Under the pieces are notes generated by a model. It worked only from the letters and a program-made list of their open reading frames with translations. It did no database searches and was not told where the DNA came from. A DNA stretch of 64,000 nt, taken from contig CAVUQH010000002.1 of the NCBI GenBank assembly GCA_963743525.1, positions 128,001-192,000 of the forward strand, in the 5' to 3' direction. Source of the stretch: an uncultured delta proteobacterium (lineage in GTDB: Bacteria; Myxococcota_A; Polyangia; Haliangiales; Haliangiaceae). Both the position numbers and the translations under genes were made by a program. The first letter of the stretch is position 1. Every line of letters starts with the position of its first letter. Shown in pieces: positions 47,642 through 59,182 of the stretch.

Positions 47642-47794
47642 GAGCACTGGGCGACGATCGAGACTCACGAGCGCGAGCCCAACCCTCCGCCCCCCCCTGG
47701 ACTCCGGGCCCTTCCCGCCCTCCGCTCACGACGATCGGCAAGAAAGGCGAGCCCAAGCGCACGCGCACGGGCGATCTGCAGCTGGCGGATCTAT

Positions 47795-49294
47795 CTAGAC
47801 GATCGGAACCGGCTTCAGACTGACCTTGCCGTCGGCGACGACGACCTTGAAGCGGATCGCGCTGCACTGATAGCGCGCCTTGAGGTTGGACTCGTTGATC
47901 CGCAACTTGGTGACGAAGCTGTCGAACGTGACGCCTTCACTGTCCAGCCCGACCTGATCGCGCGCCGCGACGTACTCGCCGTAGATGCGCTTGTAGTAGT
48001 CGGGCTCCGGCTCCTGCGCCAGGCGCACCGCCTCTTCGTCCTTGTCCGACAGATCGGTATCGAAGTCGAGGCGGTTGGGCTGAACGATGTTGCCGTCCTC
48101 GTCGTACTCCTCTTCGCCCGGTTCCGGACGTCCGAGCAGTCGCGCGAGCATGACGTTCAGGCCGTTGGCCACACCGTCGAGCTCGGCGCCGACCGAGCGG
48201 AACGAGTAGTCGAGGTTGCCGTTGATGATCTCGGCCAGACCCATCTCGATCTGGTCGGTCTGCTGCGTCACGCGCCGACCCGAGAACCACAGCGCCAGCA
48301 CGGCGATGATGATGGCGCCGATGCCGACGAGCAGGATGCCCATCTTGGCCGCGCCGACCGGCTCGAGCGCGTCGTCGAGCGAGATCAGCACCATCGCGCC
48401 GACGTTCTGCTGCGGATAGTCGGAGGGGAAGCCTTTGCTGGAGAAGCGGACCAGCCGCCCCGCGGCGGCGATGTAGCGATCCCCACCGACCTCGATCTCG
48501 ACCGGATCGGCCAGGCCGCTCTTGGACGACAGTGAGGCCTTGGACAGCCCGGCGGCCAGCGCCTTGGACAGCTGCGCTTGCTTGGGCGTGTCCTCCAGCT
48601 TGGTCCCGGCCTTGCGGAACGACGTCGCCGCCGCCCGGTCGCCCTCGAAGTACGCGACCTCGGCGCCGAGCATCGACGACTGCCGCTGGGCCTCCTCGTG
48701 CGACAGCACGTAGGCGACGACCACGGCACCCGCGACCTGGTTGGAGTCGTAGTCGACCACCGGCGCGACGCCGACCTTCATCAGGCCCTGGCCCTCGAGG
48801 TTGAGGATGTCGCTGACCATGTGCGCCTTGGTCGGATCGGGATTGAGCGCCAGCTCGATGCTGCGGTACTTGAGCCGGTCCCCGTCCTTCCACGCGCCGG
48901 GATTGGTGATGCGCGTCGGCTCTCCCTGGAGATCGAGCACCACCAGGTCGCCCTCGCGGTCGAGCAGCGCCATGATGTCCACGCTCTCACCGCCGCCGGC
49001 GCCGGCGCGGTAGGCCTGGAACGCCATGCCGGCCCGCTCGAAGGCGACGTCGTCGGTCTCCGCCTTGAGCGCCGAGAGCAGATTCTCGTCGCGGCTGAGA
49101 TCCTCGACTCGCTTGAGCAGACTGAGGCCCTCGAGCTTGCTGTTCTGAATCAGCAACTCCTGGGCCTTGGCCACGCGAACCTTGACGTCGCGCTCCAGAC
49201 GGCTATCCAGCCGCGACGTGGTCACGAAATAAGCAGCTCCGGTCAGTACCAAGACCAAGAGCGTGACAGCTCCCCCGATGATCGCCCGAGACAT
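47795..49294 (-). CDS. MXAN_5187-family membrane protein (periplasmic sensor-like domain, HAMP-like region, MXAN_5187 C-terminal domain)
   Basis: Two TM helices; C-terminal 'YYKRIYGEYVAAR...G.....VTFDSF..KL..NE..L...Y.C..IRFKV.V.DGKVSLKP.P'. Confidence 0.78.
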   Translation of the reverse strand: MSRAIIGGAVTLLVLVLTGAAYFVTTSRLDSRLERDVKVRVAKAQELLIQNSKLEGLSLLKRVEDLSRDENLLSALKAETDDVAFERAGMAFQAYRAGAGGGESVDIMALLDREGDLVVLDLQGEPTRITNPGAWKDGDRLKYRSIELALNPDPTKAHMVSDILNLEGQGLMKVGVAPVVDYDSNQVAGAVVVAYVLSHEEAQRQSSMLGAEVAYFEGDRAAATSFRKAGTKLEDTPKQAQLSKALAAGLSKASLSSKSGLADPVEIEVGGDRYIAAAGRLVRFSSKGFPSDYPQQNVGAMVLISLDDALEPVGAAKMGILLVGIGAIIIAVLALWFSGRRVTQQTDQIEMGLAEIINGNLDYSFRSVGAELDGVANGLNVMLARLLGRPEPGEEEYDEDGNIVQPNRLDFDTDLSDKDEEAVRLAQEPEPDYYKRIYGEYVAARDQVGLDSEGVTFDSFVTKLRINESNLKARYQCSAIRFKVVVADGKVSLKPVPIV

Positions 49295-49340
49295 CAGTCC
49301 TCCTGCGCCGTTGGATTATCAGAGCCGGGTGTGACGGCTG

Positions 49341-51020
<1,680 letters not shown>

Positions 51021-51021
51021 G

Positions 51022-51945
51022 TCAGCCTCGGGCGGCGCCGGCGACCTGCGCGTCCGGCTGGTAGCCGGGCACACGCGACAGGAAGTCGAGGAGCTCTTCC
51101 TGGATCACCGCGGGGAACTCGACGGGGGTGTAGTGGGTACCGCCTTCGATGATGACCAGGCGCGAGCCCGGCACCAATCGGTGGATCTTCTCGGCGGTGA
51201 ACGGCGGAGTGAGGATGTCCTTGTCGCCGGTGATGACCAGGGTCGGGATGTCGATGCGCGGCAGCAGGTCGCCGGCGTCGTGGTCGCCGAGCCGGGAGAT
51301 CAGGTCGGCGTAGTTGGCCCAGTCAACGTCGCGGAAGCCCTCGGCCACGGTGCGGAAGGTGTCCACATCGACGGTCGGCGAGACCACGCCGAAGCGGCGC
51401 ATCATCTCGACCAGCCCATCCCAGGCGACCACCCGGGCGGTCGCCTTGCCCATGAACGCCGACTGCGCGCGGATGGCGCGGAGGATGACCGGGATGACGA
51501 ACTTGACGAAGCGCGACGACAGCGCGGTCGAGAACGGGTTACCGGAGGTGCCGTTGATGGCGACGATGCCGGCCATCCGCGCGGCCCGGCGGCGGAAGAA
51601 CTCGAAGTTGACCTGCACGCCCATCGACCAGCCGACGAACAGCGCCCGGTCAATCTTTTCGTGGTCGAGGATCTGCTCGAGATCGTCGCACTGGTCGGAG
51701 ACGGTCAGGCGGTCCCGGTCAACCGGGGTGCCACTGCGGTAGAGCCCGCGGTAGTCCCAGCACAGGACCCGGTACTGCTCGCCCAGAGCGCTGTAGACGT
51801 GGCGAAACGCCTCGTAGGTCCCGCCCAGACCGTTGGCCAGGACCACCGCCGGCCCGTCCCCGCGCACCTGGTAGGCGATCTCGGTGCCATCGGCAACCCG
51901 GATACGCCGGTGCTCGAGGCCTGGAACCATGGCGAAATCATACAT
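51022..51945 (-). CDS. Alpha/beta hydrolase
   Basis: Motifs NGLGG, WDYRG, nucleophile elbow GWSMG, GDKD and GTH. Start uncertain. Confidence 0.9.
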   Translation of the reverse strand: MYDFAMVPGLEHRRIRVADGTEIAYQVRGDGPAVVLANGLGGTYEAFRHVYSALGEQYRVLCWDYRGLYRSGTPVDRDRLTVSDQCDDLEQILDHEKIDRALFVGWSMGVQVNFEFFRRRAARMAGIVAINGTSGNPFSTALSSRFVKFVIPVILRAIRAQSAFMGKATARVVAWDGLVEMMRRFGVVSPTVDVDTFRTVAEGFRDVDWANYADLISRLGDHDAGDLLPRIDIPTLVITGDKDILTPPFTAEKIHRLVPGSRLVIIEGGTHYTPVEFPAVIQEELLDFLSRVPGYQPDAQVAGAARG

Positions 51946-52049
51946 GAGCGGGCCAATCTCGGCCGCGATCCGGAACGCGAAACGGCGCAGAGTCCCCCTG
52001 ATCAACAGAAGGGTTCTGCGCCGCTCGCCGGCGGGCGGAGGGTGCCTGC

Positions 52050-52907
52050 CTAGAAGTAGAGGATCGCCGCGAGGCGCGCGCGGGTGTAGCGCTCGGCCTG
52101 ATTGTTGCCGGTGTCAACCGGCTGGCCGCTGCCGCCGAAGGCGACCGCGCTGGGCTGGTTGACGTCGTGGGCGCCGGCGCGGAGGTCACCGGCGATGTGC
52201 AGGCGATGGGTCAGGCGCCAGGTGAGACCCGCGCCGACTTCGGCATAGGCGCCGCCGTCCCAGCTGCCGAGCGCGCCCAGGAGCTGCGGCGAGATCGTCG
52301 ACCGCGACGCCAGGTCCCACACCAGGCCACCGCCGATGCGGCGGGTATCGCCGCTATCGGCACGGGTGCGCGACAGCTCGCCCTCGAGGGCCAGACCGCG
52401 GGTCATGCGGAAGCGGCCGAACAGGCCCAGATCGTCACCGCTGGTGTCGGCGGTCTTGACCCCGCCGGCGAACACGCCGAGGCCCAGGCGCGGCCCCATC
52501 GGCTCGATCACCGGCGGCGGCGCGACCACGACCGGCGGGTTGGCCGGCGGCGGCGACGAGTAGTAGTAGGCGGGGACGTCGCAGTCGTACGACGGAGGCG
52601 GCGGAGGCGGCGGAGGCGTGGCGTAACCGCCCACGTAGACCGAGCCGCCCAGATAGACGCCGCCGCGAATGTGCAACCGAGGCCGGGGCCGCGGTGTCAC
52701 GTAACCCCGATGATCCCGGACGACCACCCGCCCGGCGCCGCGAACGTGGACGCGGACATGGGGCACGCGAACGTGCACGGAGCCGCGGACTCGCACGCGG
52801 ACGTCGGCCGCGGCGTCGCCCGAATGGGCGAGGAGCGGCAGCGCAAAGGCGGCGGCCAGGCCGCCAATGGCGAGCGCGTGAAGGGGTCGGCGGAGAAGCT
52901 GATTCAC
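52050..52907 (-). CDS. Exported protein with an Arg/Val/His-rich segment, polyproline and a probable small outer-membrane beta-barrel
   Basis: Signal peptide, VRVRVRGSVHVRV..., P8 tract, alternating beta-strands and a terminal aromatic residue (ILYF). Confidence 0.7.
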   Translation of the reverse strand: MNQLLRRPLHALAIGGLAAAFALPLLAHSGDAAADVRVRVRGSVHVRVPHVRVHVRGAGRVVVRDHRGYVTPRPRPRLHIRGGVYLGGSVYVGGYATPPPPPPPPSYDCDVPAYYYSSPPPANPPVVVAPPPVIEPMGPRLGLGVFAGGVKTADTSGDDLGLFGRFRMTRGLALEGELSRTRADSGDTRRIGGGLVWDLASRSTISPQLLGALGSWDGGAYAEVGAGLTWRLTHRLHIAGDLRAGAHDVNQPSAVAFGGSGQPVDTGNNQAERYTRARLAAILYF

Positions 52908-53156
52908 AGGGTCGTCCTTTCTGGCCGGGTCTCTAGCCTAGGTACGCACGAGACTGGCGGTTCGATTCAAATGCACGCCGCGCGCCATCATGACGGGGCC
53001 GCGCGCCGGGCGCCGGGCCGAGTGATTGCGAGGCGTTGCACCAGGGGAACGAGATGCGCCGGCGGGCCTTGCGTGAACCCGCCTTCACAGCCTGCGTGGC
53101 CCCTGTGCAACAGCCCCCTCGCACGGCCGCAGACCATTGGAATGCTTGTGCTATCC

Positions 53157-53185
53157 TTGACAGCAAAATCCTGCACCTATATCGT
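53157..53185 (+). promoter_or_regulatory. Sigma70-type promoter
   Basis: TTGACA (53157-53162), 17-bp spacer, TATCGT (53180-53185); SD GGGAGG at 53199-53204 before TTG 53210. Confidence 0.7.
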
Positions 53186-53209
53186 CCCGTCTCCGATTGG
53201 GAGGTCCCC

Positions 53210-54415
53210 TTGAGCCAGTCCGCGAAACGCCCGGGCGTGCGTGATATCAGTGATCTGAAAGCCCGTCTGGGATTGAAGAAGGCGGCGCCGGCGAAGCCCG
53301 CCCGCGGCGTCGTGCCGCCCCCAGGCGTGAAGGGCTCCGTGCCCGCCCCTCCCGGCGCTCAACCCGCCGGACCCAAGGTCTCCGATGATCCCTTCGGCGC
53401 GCTGAACGCCGCCGCGACCTCTGCCGCCCGTGCGCCAGCTCACCACGGGCCGGAGATCGTCGTCATCGAGAAGGGCGAAGCGATCGAGAGCGTCGAGCAC
53501 AAGGGCGCCGCGATCCGCTTCGCCAAGATCGCCGGCCTGGTCCTGATCCCGCTGATCGTCGGCGTGGCCATCGGCGAGATCGGCACCAACTCCAAGCAGT
53601 TCAACCGCACGATTCACGACGCCGGCAAGATCGCCAAGGAGATCACCAAGGGCCGCAAGTCGCTCAAGGGCTACCAGTACGCGTTCCAGAACGCGGCCGA
53701 AGGCGGCTTCAAGAGCTTCGACCCCGATCTGACCAAGAAGCTGGAAGCCGTCGAGGCCTCGAGCTTCGACGACTCGGTGATCTACAAGTCCTGGCTCTAC
53801 GAGCTGGATCCCGATCTGGTCGCCGACACCCTCTACTTCGCCAGCGAGCAGACCAAGCTCATCAAGGACATCAAGGCTCACATCACGCTCACCAAGCGTG
53901 ACGAGAAGTACTTGCTGGAAGCCAAGGCGAACAAGAAGAAGTCGGCGCCTCCGGCGAACGACACCGGAACGCAATACACGGCGTATCGCTACGCCATCAT
54001 GGTCCAGGTTCCCTCCGAGCAGGAAGCGCAGCAGGGCAGCAAGCCGTTCGGCACTCAGGTGGTCGAGCTGGGCATGCCCTACTGTGGCGACAAGCTGAGC
54101 GAGACCGGCGACTGCGGCACCTCGTCGCCGACCGCCTTCGCCTACCGCACGGGCCCCGACGAGCCGTGGAAGAAAGGCGAGCCGCAGCCCGCCGCCGGCG
54201 CCCTCGAGGACGGCAAGCTGATGCTGATCCTGCCCGACGGCACCATGGAAACCCTGGCCCGCGGTACCAACCCCGCCTACGCCGAGAAGGAGTACCTCGA
54301 GCGGGTGAAGAACCTCGCCGAGAAAACCTCCGAGCTGGTCGAGCTGGCGGGCAAGCTCGAGAACGACCTCAAGGCCAAGTCCGGCGCGGGCGAGAAGTTC
54401 ACCTTCTTCCTCTAG
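53210..54415 (+). CDS. Hypothetical single-pass membrane protein
   Basis: Strong codon bias; Pro-rich N-terminus, one TM (IAGLVLIPLIVGVAIG) and a helical C-domain with a Cys pair. Confidence 0.85.
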   Translation: MSQSAKRPGVRDISDLKARLGLKKAAPAKPARGVVPPPGVKGSVPAPPGAQPAGPKVSDDPFGALNAAATSAARAPAHHGPEIVVIEKGEAIESVEHKGAAIRFAKIAGLVLIPLIVGVAIGEIGTNSKQFNRTIHDAGKIAKEITKGRKSLKGYQYAFQNAAEGGFKSFDPDLTKKLEAVEASSFDDSVIYKSWLYELDPDLVADTLYFASEQTKLIKDIKAHITLTKRDEKYLLEAKANKKKSAPPANDTGTQYTAYRYAIMVQVPSEQEAQQGSKPFGTQVVELGMPYCGDKLSETGDCGTSSPTAFAYRTGPDEPWKKGEPQPAAGALEDGKLMLILPDGTMETLARGTNPAYAEKEYLERVKNLAEKTSELVELAGKLENDLKAKSGAGEKFTFFL

Positions 54416-54449
54416 CCCGCAGAGAGCGAAACACAGCGAATGCATGAAC

Positions 54450-54482
54450 GGCAGCCGGGCTGAAAGCGCGGCTGTCTTTTTT
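54450..54482 (+). terminator. Rho-independent terminator
   Basis: Stem GGCAGCCG/CGGCTGTC followed by T6 at 54477-54482, downstream of the 53210-54415 gene. Confidence 0.8.
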
Positions 54483-54506
54483 CGGGCGGCACGCTAGTTC
54501 GCGAGC

Positions 54507-56032
54507 TCAGTGTCGGCCGGCGCCAATGCTGACGAACCAGCGCAGGCCGTAGTCGCGTGTGGCGCCGCTAACGCGGCTGCCCGCGACTTCCATCGTCATA
54601 CCCACGTCGCCGGCGACCCCGCCGCAGATCCGCGGGACGAGCTCCGTCATCAACGAGAAGCAGCCGCCCGCGTAGGCGCCGATGCCGAATCCGCCAACGT
54701 TGTTCTTCGCCGGCGTCATCGGATTGTTGTCATCGTCCTGGCTCTCGGAGAGCAACGTGATCGGCACGGGCACCGGCCCCAAGGACACGCGCAGGGCATC
54801 TTGAGCACCAGCGCGCCGTAGATGAGCGGCACATGCGCGGAAACTCTGAGCGCGCTTCCGTGCAACTTGCCGACCCGGGTCTGCCAGGTGCCGAGGTCTA
54901 TGTGACTCAACGCGACCGCTCCCGCCCCGGCGGCACTGGCACGAGCACGGACGGAGGCTGCCGCAGGCGCGACTGCCGTCCGGGTCTCCGCAGCCGCGGG
55001 CATCGCCGTCGAGCGCGAAGCGAAGTGCCCGAGCTCGGCTAGCACGATGCACGAGCTCAGGGCGCGGAGGGCGAGCGTGAGGGCGAGCGTGAGGGCGAGC
55101 GCGAGGGCGAGTTTGCCTCCGACCAGGCTCAACGGATTGGGCGAGGTCGCTGCGTAGGTCTCGGGGCACCCGTCGTTCAGCTCGCCCCGCAAGCGCACTT
55201 TGTAGAAATGGGTATCGAGGACGACCGTGGCGACGCTCGGGCCGGAAAGCGAGAAGGGGTGCGTCGGTTCCTGGCCGCATGGCATCGAACGCAACTCCTC
55301 CCCTCCCTCGCGCTCCAGAAACGCACAACTCATCGGGGCGTCACTCGCGTCCAGGTTCTCGAATTTCGAGACGCTGATCGTCGCCTTGGTGACGGGGATG
55401 GACTGCTCGAATTTCCCGTATCGGACGACGAACGCTCGCTCGTCCACACCGAATCGCGCGATGCGCAGACATTTCTTGTCGCCCTTCAGCAATAGGGCGT
55501 CCCTTCCGCGTGACGTGTCCACCTTCAACGCGTCGGGGATGTGCATCACCTTTCCGCCGCGTTCCGGACAGGCCTGCAGAGTTCGCTGAGTCGAACTGGC
55601 GTAGAACGTCAGTTCGCCGGAAACAGCGTCCTTCTCCTTGAGCCCGAGAATCGTTCGGATCTGAGCCAGGTCGATTGCCCCGTCGCGCACGAAGGCAAAG
55701 GGAAGGCTCTGCCAGTCATCCTTCGCGCGGACCCACTCGTCGTCGAAGCTGATCGTGCAGGTCTGGCCACTCGCGTCCGTAACAGTCCAGGCGTACCCGT
55801 CCGACAGGCGCAGCGAGAAGGTGCCGTGCAGTTGCACCTTCGTCGGCGGCTGCAACGACTGATTGACGACCGTAACGGAGGCATCCGGTCGCACCGTTAC
55901 CTCTATGAGCGCCGGCCCTTTCAGGTTAACCTCCACGCCAGGTGGACAACCCCTGGGATCCGCTACTGCGGAGCCTGCCAGGAATACGAGCAACGCGCAG
56001 GACAGCACTGCGCATAGAGCAACTCTAAGCAT
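54507..56032 (-). pseudogene. Compositionally atypical exported orphan gene, apparently frameshifted near 54800
   Basis: Signal peptide MLRVALCAVLSCALLVFLAGSAVA. The protein-like C-terminus (ALRVSLGP...WFVSIGAGRH) is in a different frame and the span is 3n+2. More A/T-ending codons than its neighbours; internal 12-bp repeat GAGGGCGAGCGT. Confidence 0.5.
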
Positions 56033-56317
56033 CCCCTCCCCTTTCATCGGCCCGCATGGGCCAAGTCGTTTCCAACTGCGCTTGGAGCCCCGAGTTGATC
56101 GTGGCCCGGGATCGAGCCGAGGCTCAACCCTGTGGGGAGGATTTTCCGGCGTCGGCGCGAAGCCAGCGATCTACCGACCCGCAGCTACGGGAGATGCCGG
56201 ACACGGCGTCCGGGAGAACACCTGGACTGTCGCGGGCGAGACCAGCCCGCGCCCACCGATTGTGGCGAGCACACCAGCCCGACCATCCTGGCCAAGCCGG
56301 TTACACGTGATCGTGTC

Positions 56318-57817
56318 CTACGGGTTGATCGGGATGTCGGTCGGGTCAACGAAGTCCTTCACCGGCGTCCCATCCGCCCGCTCGACCACCAGGCTCGAGC
56401 TCACGACGTTGGAGAACACCAGGTCGAATCGCGTCCCCGCGGGCAGCGTGCCGCCACCAGCCGGAGCCGGCGCGGTGAAGCGCCAGTACTTGGTGTAGCC
56501 GGACCGATGCGCCAGTCCGGGCGGCTCGGGCTCGTTGGAGTAGAAGACCACGTTGTAGCAGTCGGCGTTGCCGCGCTCGTTGGGCGCATCGCCGATGACG
56601 CCGGTAGTGGTGATGTCGGCGAGGTTGGCGTTGAAGAACAGCACGCAGTTGCCGCCCGACAGCGAGATCGCGTTGCCGCCGCCAATGCCGATCGGCTCGG
56701 AGAACTCGACGTCAACCGTCTGCGTGGCCGCGTCGCGGACGACATTCGACACCGTGACATCGCCGACGCCGGCGGTGAAGAACGCGCCGGAGAAGTCGCC
56801 CTCGACCAGGGTGTCCCCGACGTTGGCCACCGCGTGGATGACGATGTTGTACTCGTTGCCCGGCGACAGCGGATTCTGGCCGAAGCCGATCGACAGGTTG
56901 TCGTCGCTGGGCGTGACGGTGGGCTGATTGGACAGCGGAGTGCCGGCCTCGTCCATGACCGTGACGGTGGCATCCACCAGCGGAAGATTGAAGGCGACGT
57001 GGATGGTGTCGCTGATGCCGACCACGGTGCCGGTCGTGCTCGAGCCGGGCGGGTTGTACAGGTCGGCGACCGTGCTGGCGCGGATCGACAGCGACGCGGC
57101 CAGGTTGGGATCGAGGATGACGTCGGGCGATGGGTCGCCGTACGCGCGCAGGTTGACCGTCTGCGAGCCGCCCGGGTAGACGAACAGGCCGTTCTCCTCC
57201 ACCGGCGGCAGGAGCAGTACGCCGGTCGGGTTGATGTCCGGGCTCAGGGCGTTGAACGGCGGCATACCGGTGAAGGTCGCGCGTCCGTCGGTGCCGGTGG
57301 TCGCGGACATCACCACTTCGCCGCCGTTGTGCGACAGCCCGCTCGAGAAATCGATGTACTGGACGAAGTGGCGCAGCGTGATCGGATACATGCTGACCGG
57401 CCGACCCTCGGTGTCGAGCACGCGGATCGTGTAGTCGCTGCCGGCCGCGATCAGCCCGATGCCCAAGGTGATGGTGTTGTGCGCGGGGAAGTTGCCGGCG
57501 GTGTCGTCGAGAAACCCGTGGATGAACGCCTGCTGGTAGCCGGCATCGGTGGGGCCGTCGATCATGATCAGCACGTCACCGGCGCGGACATTGTTGATCG
57601 AGAAGTGGCCGTCGGCCTTGGTCGTCGTCGGCCCCTTGGACTCGCCGCCGGCGATGACCGAGACGGTCGCCCCTTCGAGCGGCATGCGCGTGACCGCGTC
57701 CACCACCAGGCCGCCGATCGACCCGCGCGGCACGGTGTTCTGGACGTCCAGAGAATCGCCGCAGGCGCCGGTCGAGATCAGTGCCAGGATGGCCAGGCTT
57801 CGCAGGGTCGTGGACAT
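56318..57817 (-). CDS. Lipoprotein with carboxypeptidase-regulatory-like and Ig-like domains
   Basis: SD AAGGAGA; lipobox TGAC; 'G.VVDAVT..PLEGATV.......TTT.ADGHF.I'; beta-rich throughout. Confidence 0.8.
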   Translation of the reverse strand: MSTTLRSLAILALISTGACGDSLDVQNTVPRGSIGGLVVDAVTRMPLEGATVSVIAGGESKGPTTTKADGHFSINNVRAGDVLIMIDGPTDAGYQQAFIHGFLDDTAGNFPAHNTITLGIGLIAAGSDYTIRVLDTEGRPVSMYPITLRHFVQYIDFSSGLSHNGGEVVMSATTGTDGRATFTGMPPFNALSPDINPTGVLLLPPVEENGLFVYPGGSQTVNLRAYGDPSPDVILDPNLAASLSIRASTVADLYNPPGSSTTGTVVGISDTIHVAFNLPLVDATVTVMDEAGTPLSNQPTVTPSDDNLSIGFGQNPLSPGNEYNIVIHAVANVGDTLVEGDFSGAFFTAGVGDVTVSNVVRDAATQTVDVEFSEPIGIGGGNAISLSGGNCVLFFNANLADITTTGVIGDAPNERGNADCYNVVFYSNEPEPPGLAHRSGYTKYWRFTAPAPAGGGTLPAGTRFDLVFSNVVSSSLVVERADGTPVKDFVDPTDIPINP

Positions 57818-57837
57818 GGTCTCTCCTTGTAGTCGAA

Positions 57838-59121
57838 TCAGAACCGCAGCACCGGCAGGATGCTGACCTTCTCTCCGTTGCTCAGGCCGTGGGTGGCGAT
57901 ACCGACCACCACCGCGACCACTACTACCCCGGCGGCCGCGCCGACCGCCGGCCAGAAGTATTTGTGCTTCCAGATGGGCGGCTTCTTGGGACCCAGCGCG
58001 ATGCTCGGCTTCCACGTCACCGTCGCCATCAGCTGCCCGCCGAGCTCCTCGGCATCGGGGCCGGTGCGCGGCAGCGTATCCTCGCTGCGCCCGACCAGCG
58101 CGCCGCTGCGCAGGTCGTAGACGTAGGCGACGATCCCAATCTCGTCGCCGTGGGCGGTGGGCAGCGCCAGCACCAGCGCGTCGGCGCCCAGGTTCTTGGC
58201 CGCCCGCGCGATGGCCGGCGCGGCGTGAGGCCTGCCGACGTCGCCGCGGGTCTTGGCCAGTGGGCCGCGGTCGACGCTCTTGGGCGTCTTGACCGCGACC
58301 TTGACCGTGACCACGTCACCGCCGCCGGCGACCTGGCCGATCGCGATCACCGGCTCGGCACCGGGCGTCACCAGCGACACGACGTTCGGCCCGGCGGGCA
58401 GATCCTCGACCGTCACCGGTGCGGTGCCGCGGTCGACACCATTGATGTAGACCGTCGCCTTGCCGGCGCCGTCGGCCTCGACGTGAACCGTGCCGCGCCC
58501 CAGCTCGTCGTGGTAGAGGCGCTCGTTGACCACCAGTTTCTCGAGCTGCGGCGGAAAAATCGTGCGGTCGTAGTCGAGGTCCGGGTCGAGCACGAACGCC
58601 TTGCGCAGCGCCTCGGTCGCCGACTGCTCGTCGCCATTGAGATAGCTGGCGATGGCGGTCCGCTCGTAGACCTCGATCAGCTTGCCGGCGTTGCCGTCGC
58701 GCGCCATCAGCTGCGGCAGGTAGCGCTGATACTCGTCGGCCGCCCAGTCGAGGAGGTCGAGGGCGCCGTCCTCGAGATTGCGCATCCGCTTGATCGCCTC
58801 GGCCAGCCCTTTGTCGCTGCGCTCCAGCGCTTTCTCCGCGGCCTCGGAGATGGCCCCTTCCGGGGTGGCGGCGGCAACGTGGGCGCCGTGCATGGCTCTG
58901 CCGACGCCTCTGGTCAGGGAGCGCTCGATGGCCCGCCGCTCGGCTTCGCTCAGACCGTCGGCGGCATAGGCCTTGACCACCACGTGCCGCGGCGCGGACG
59001 GCGCTCCGGCGGCAGCCGACGCGGCGTTCCCGAGCAGCACCATCACGGCCAGCGCGGCGGCCGCTCCCCCTCGAACCAGCACCGCGGGCGATGGTACGCA
59101 CCCGTTGAACGGGCGCGTCAA
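57838..59121 (-). CDS. PEGA-domain exported protein with a C-terminal hydrophobic anchor
   Basis: ATVYINGVDRGTAPVTVEDLPAG (PEGA); C-terminal 'PIWKHKYFWPAVGAAAGVVVVAVVVG'. Start uncertain. Confidence 0.8.
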   Translation of the reverse strand: MTRPFNGCVPSPAVLVRGGAAAALAVMVLLGNAASAAAGAPSAPRHVVVKAYAADGLSEAERRAIERSLTRGVGRAMHGAHVAAATPEGAISEAAEKALERSDKGLAEAIKRMRNLEDGALDLLDWAADEYQRYLPQLMARDGNAGKLIEVYERTAIASYLNGDEQSATEALRKAFVLDPDLDYDRTIFPPQLEKLVVNERLYHDELGRGTVHVEADGAGKATVYINGVDRGTAPVTVEDLPAGPNVVSLVTPGAEPVIAIGQVAGGGDVVTVKVAVKTPKSVDRGPLAKTRGDVGRPHAAPAIARAAKNLGADALVLALPTAHGDEIGIVAYVYDLRSGALVGRSEDTLPRTGPDAEELGGQLMATVTWKPSIALGPKKPPIWKHKYFWPAVGAAAGVVVVAVVVGIATHGLSNGEKVSILPVLRF

Positions 59122-59182
59122 GCGGTCGTCATCACAGGGGATCTCGCCCGACAGCCGCAGCGGGTCGAGCGACGCCGCGCGA

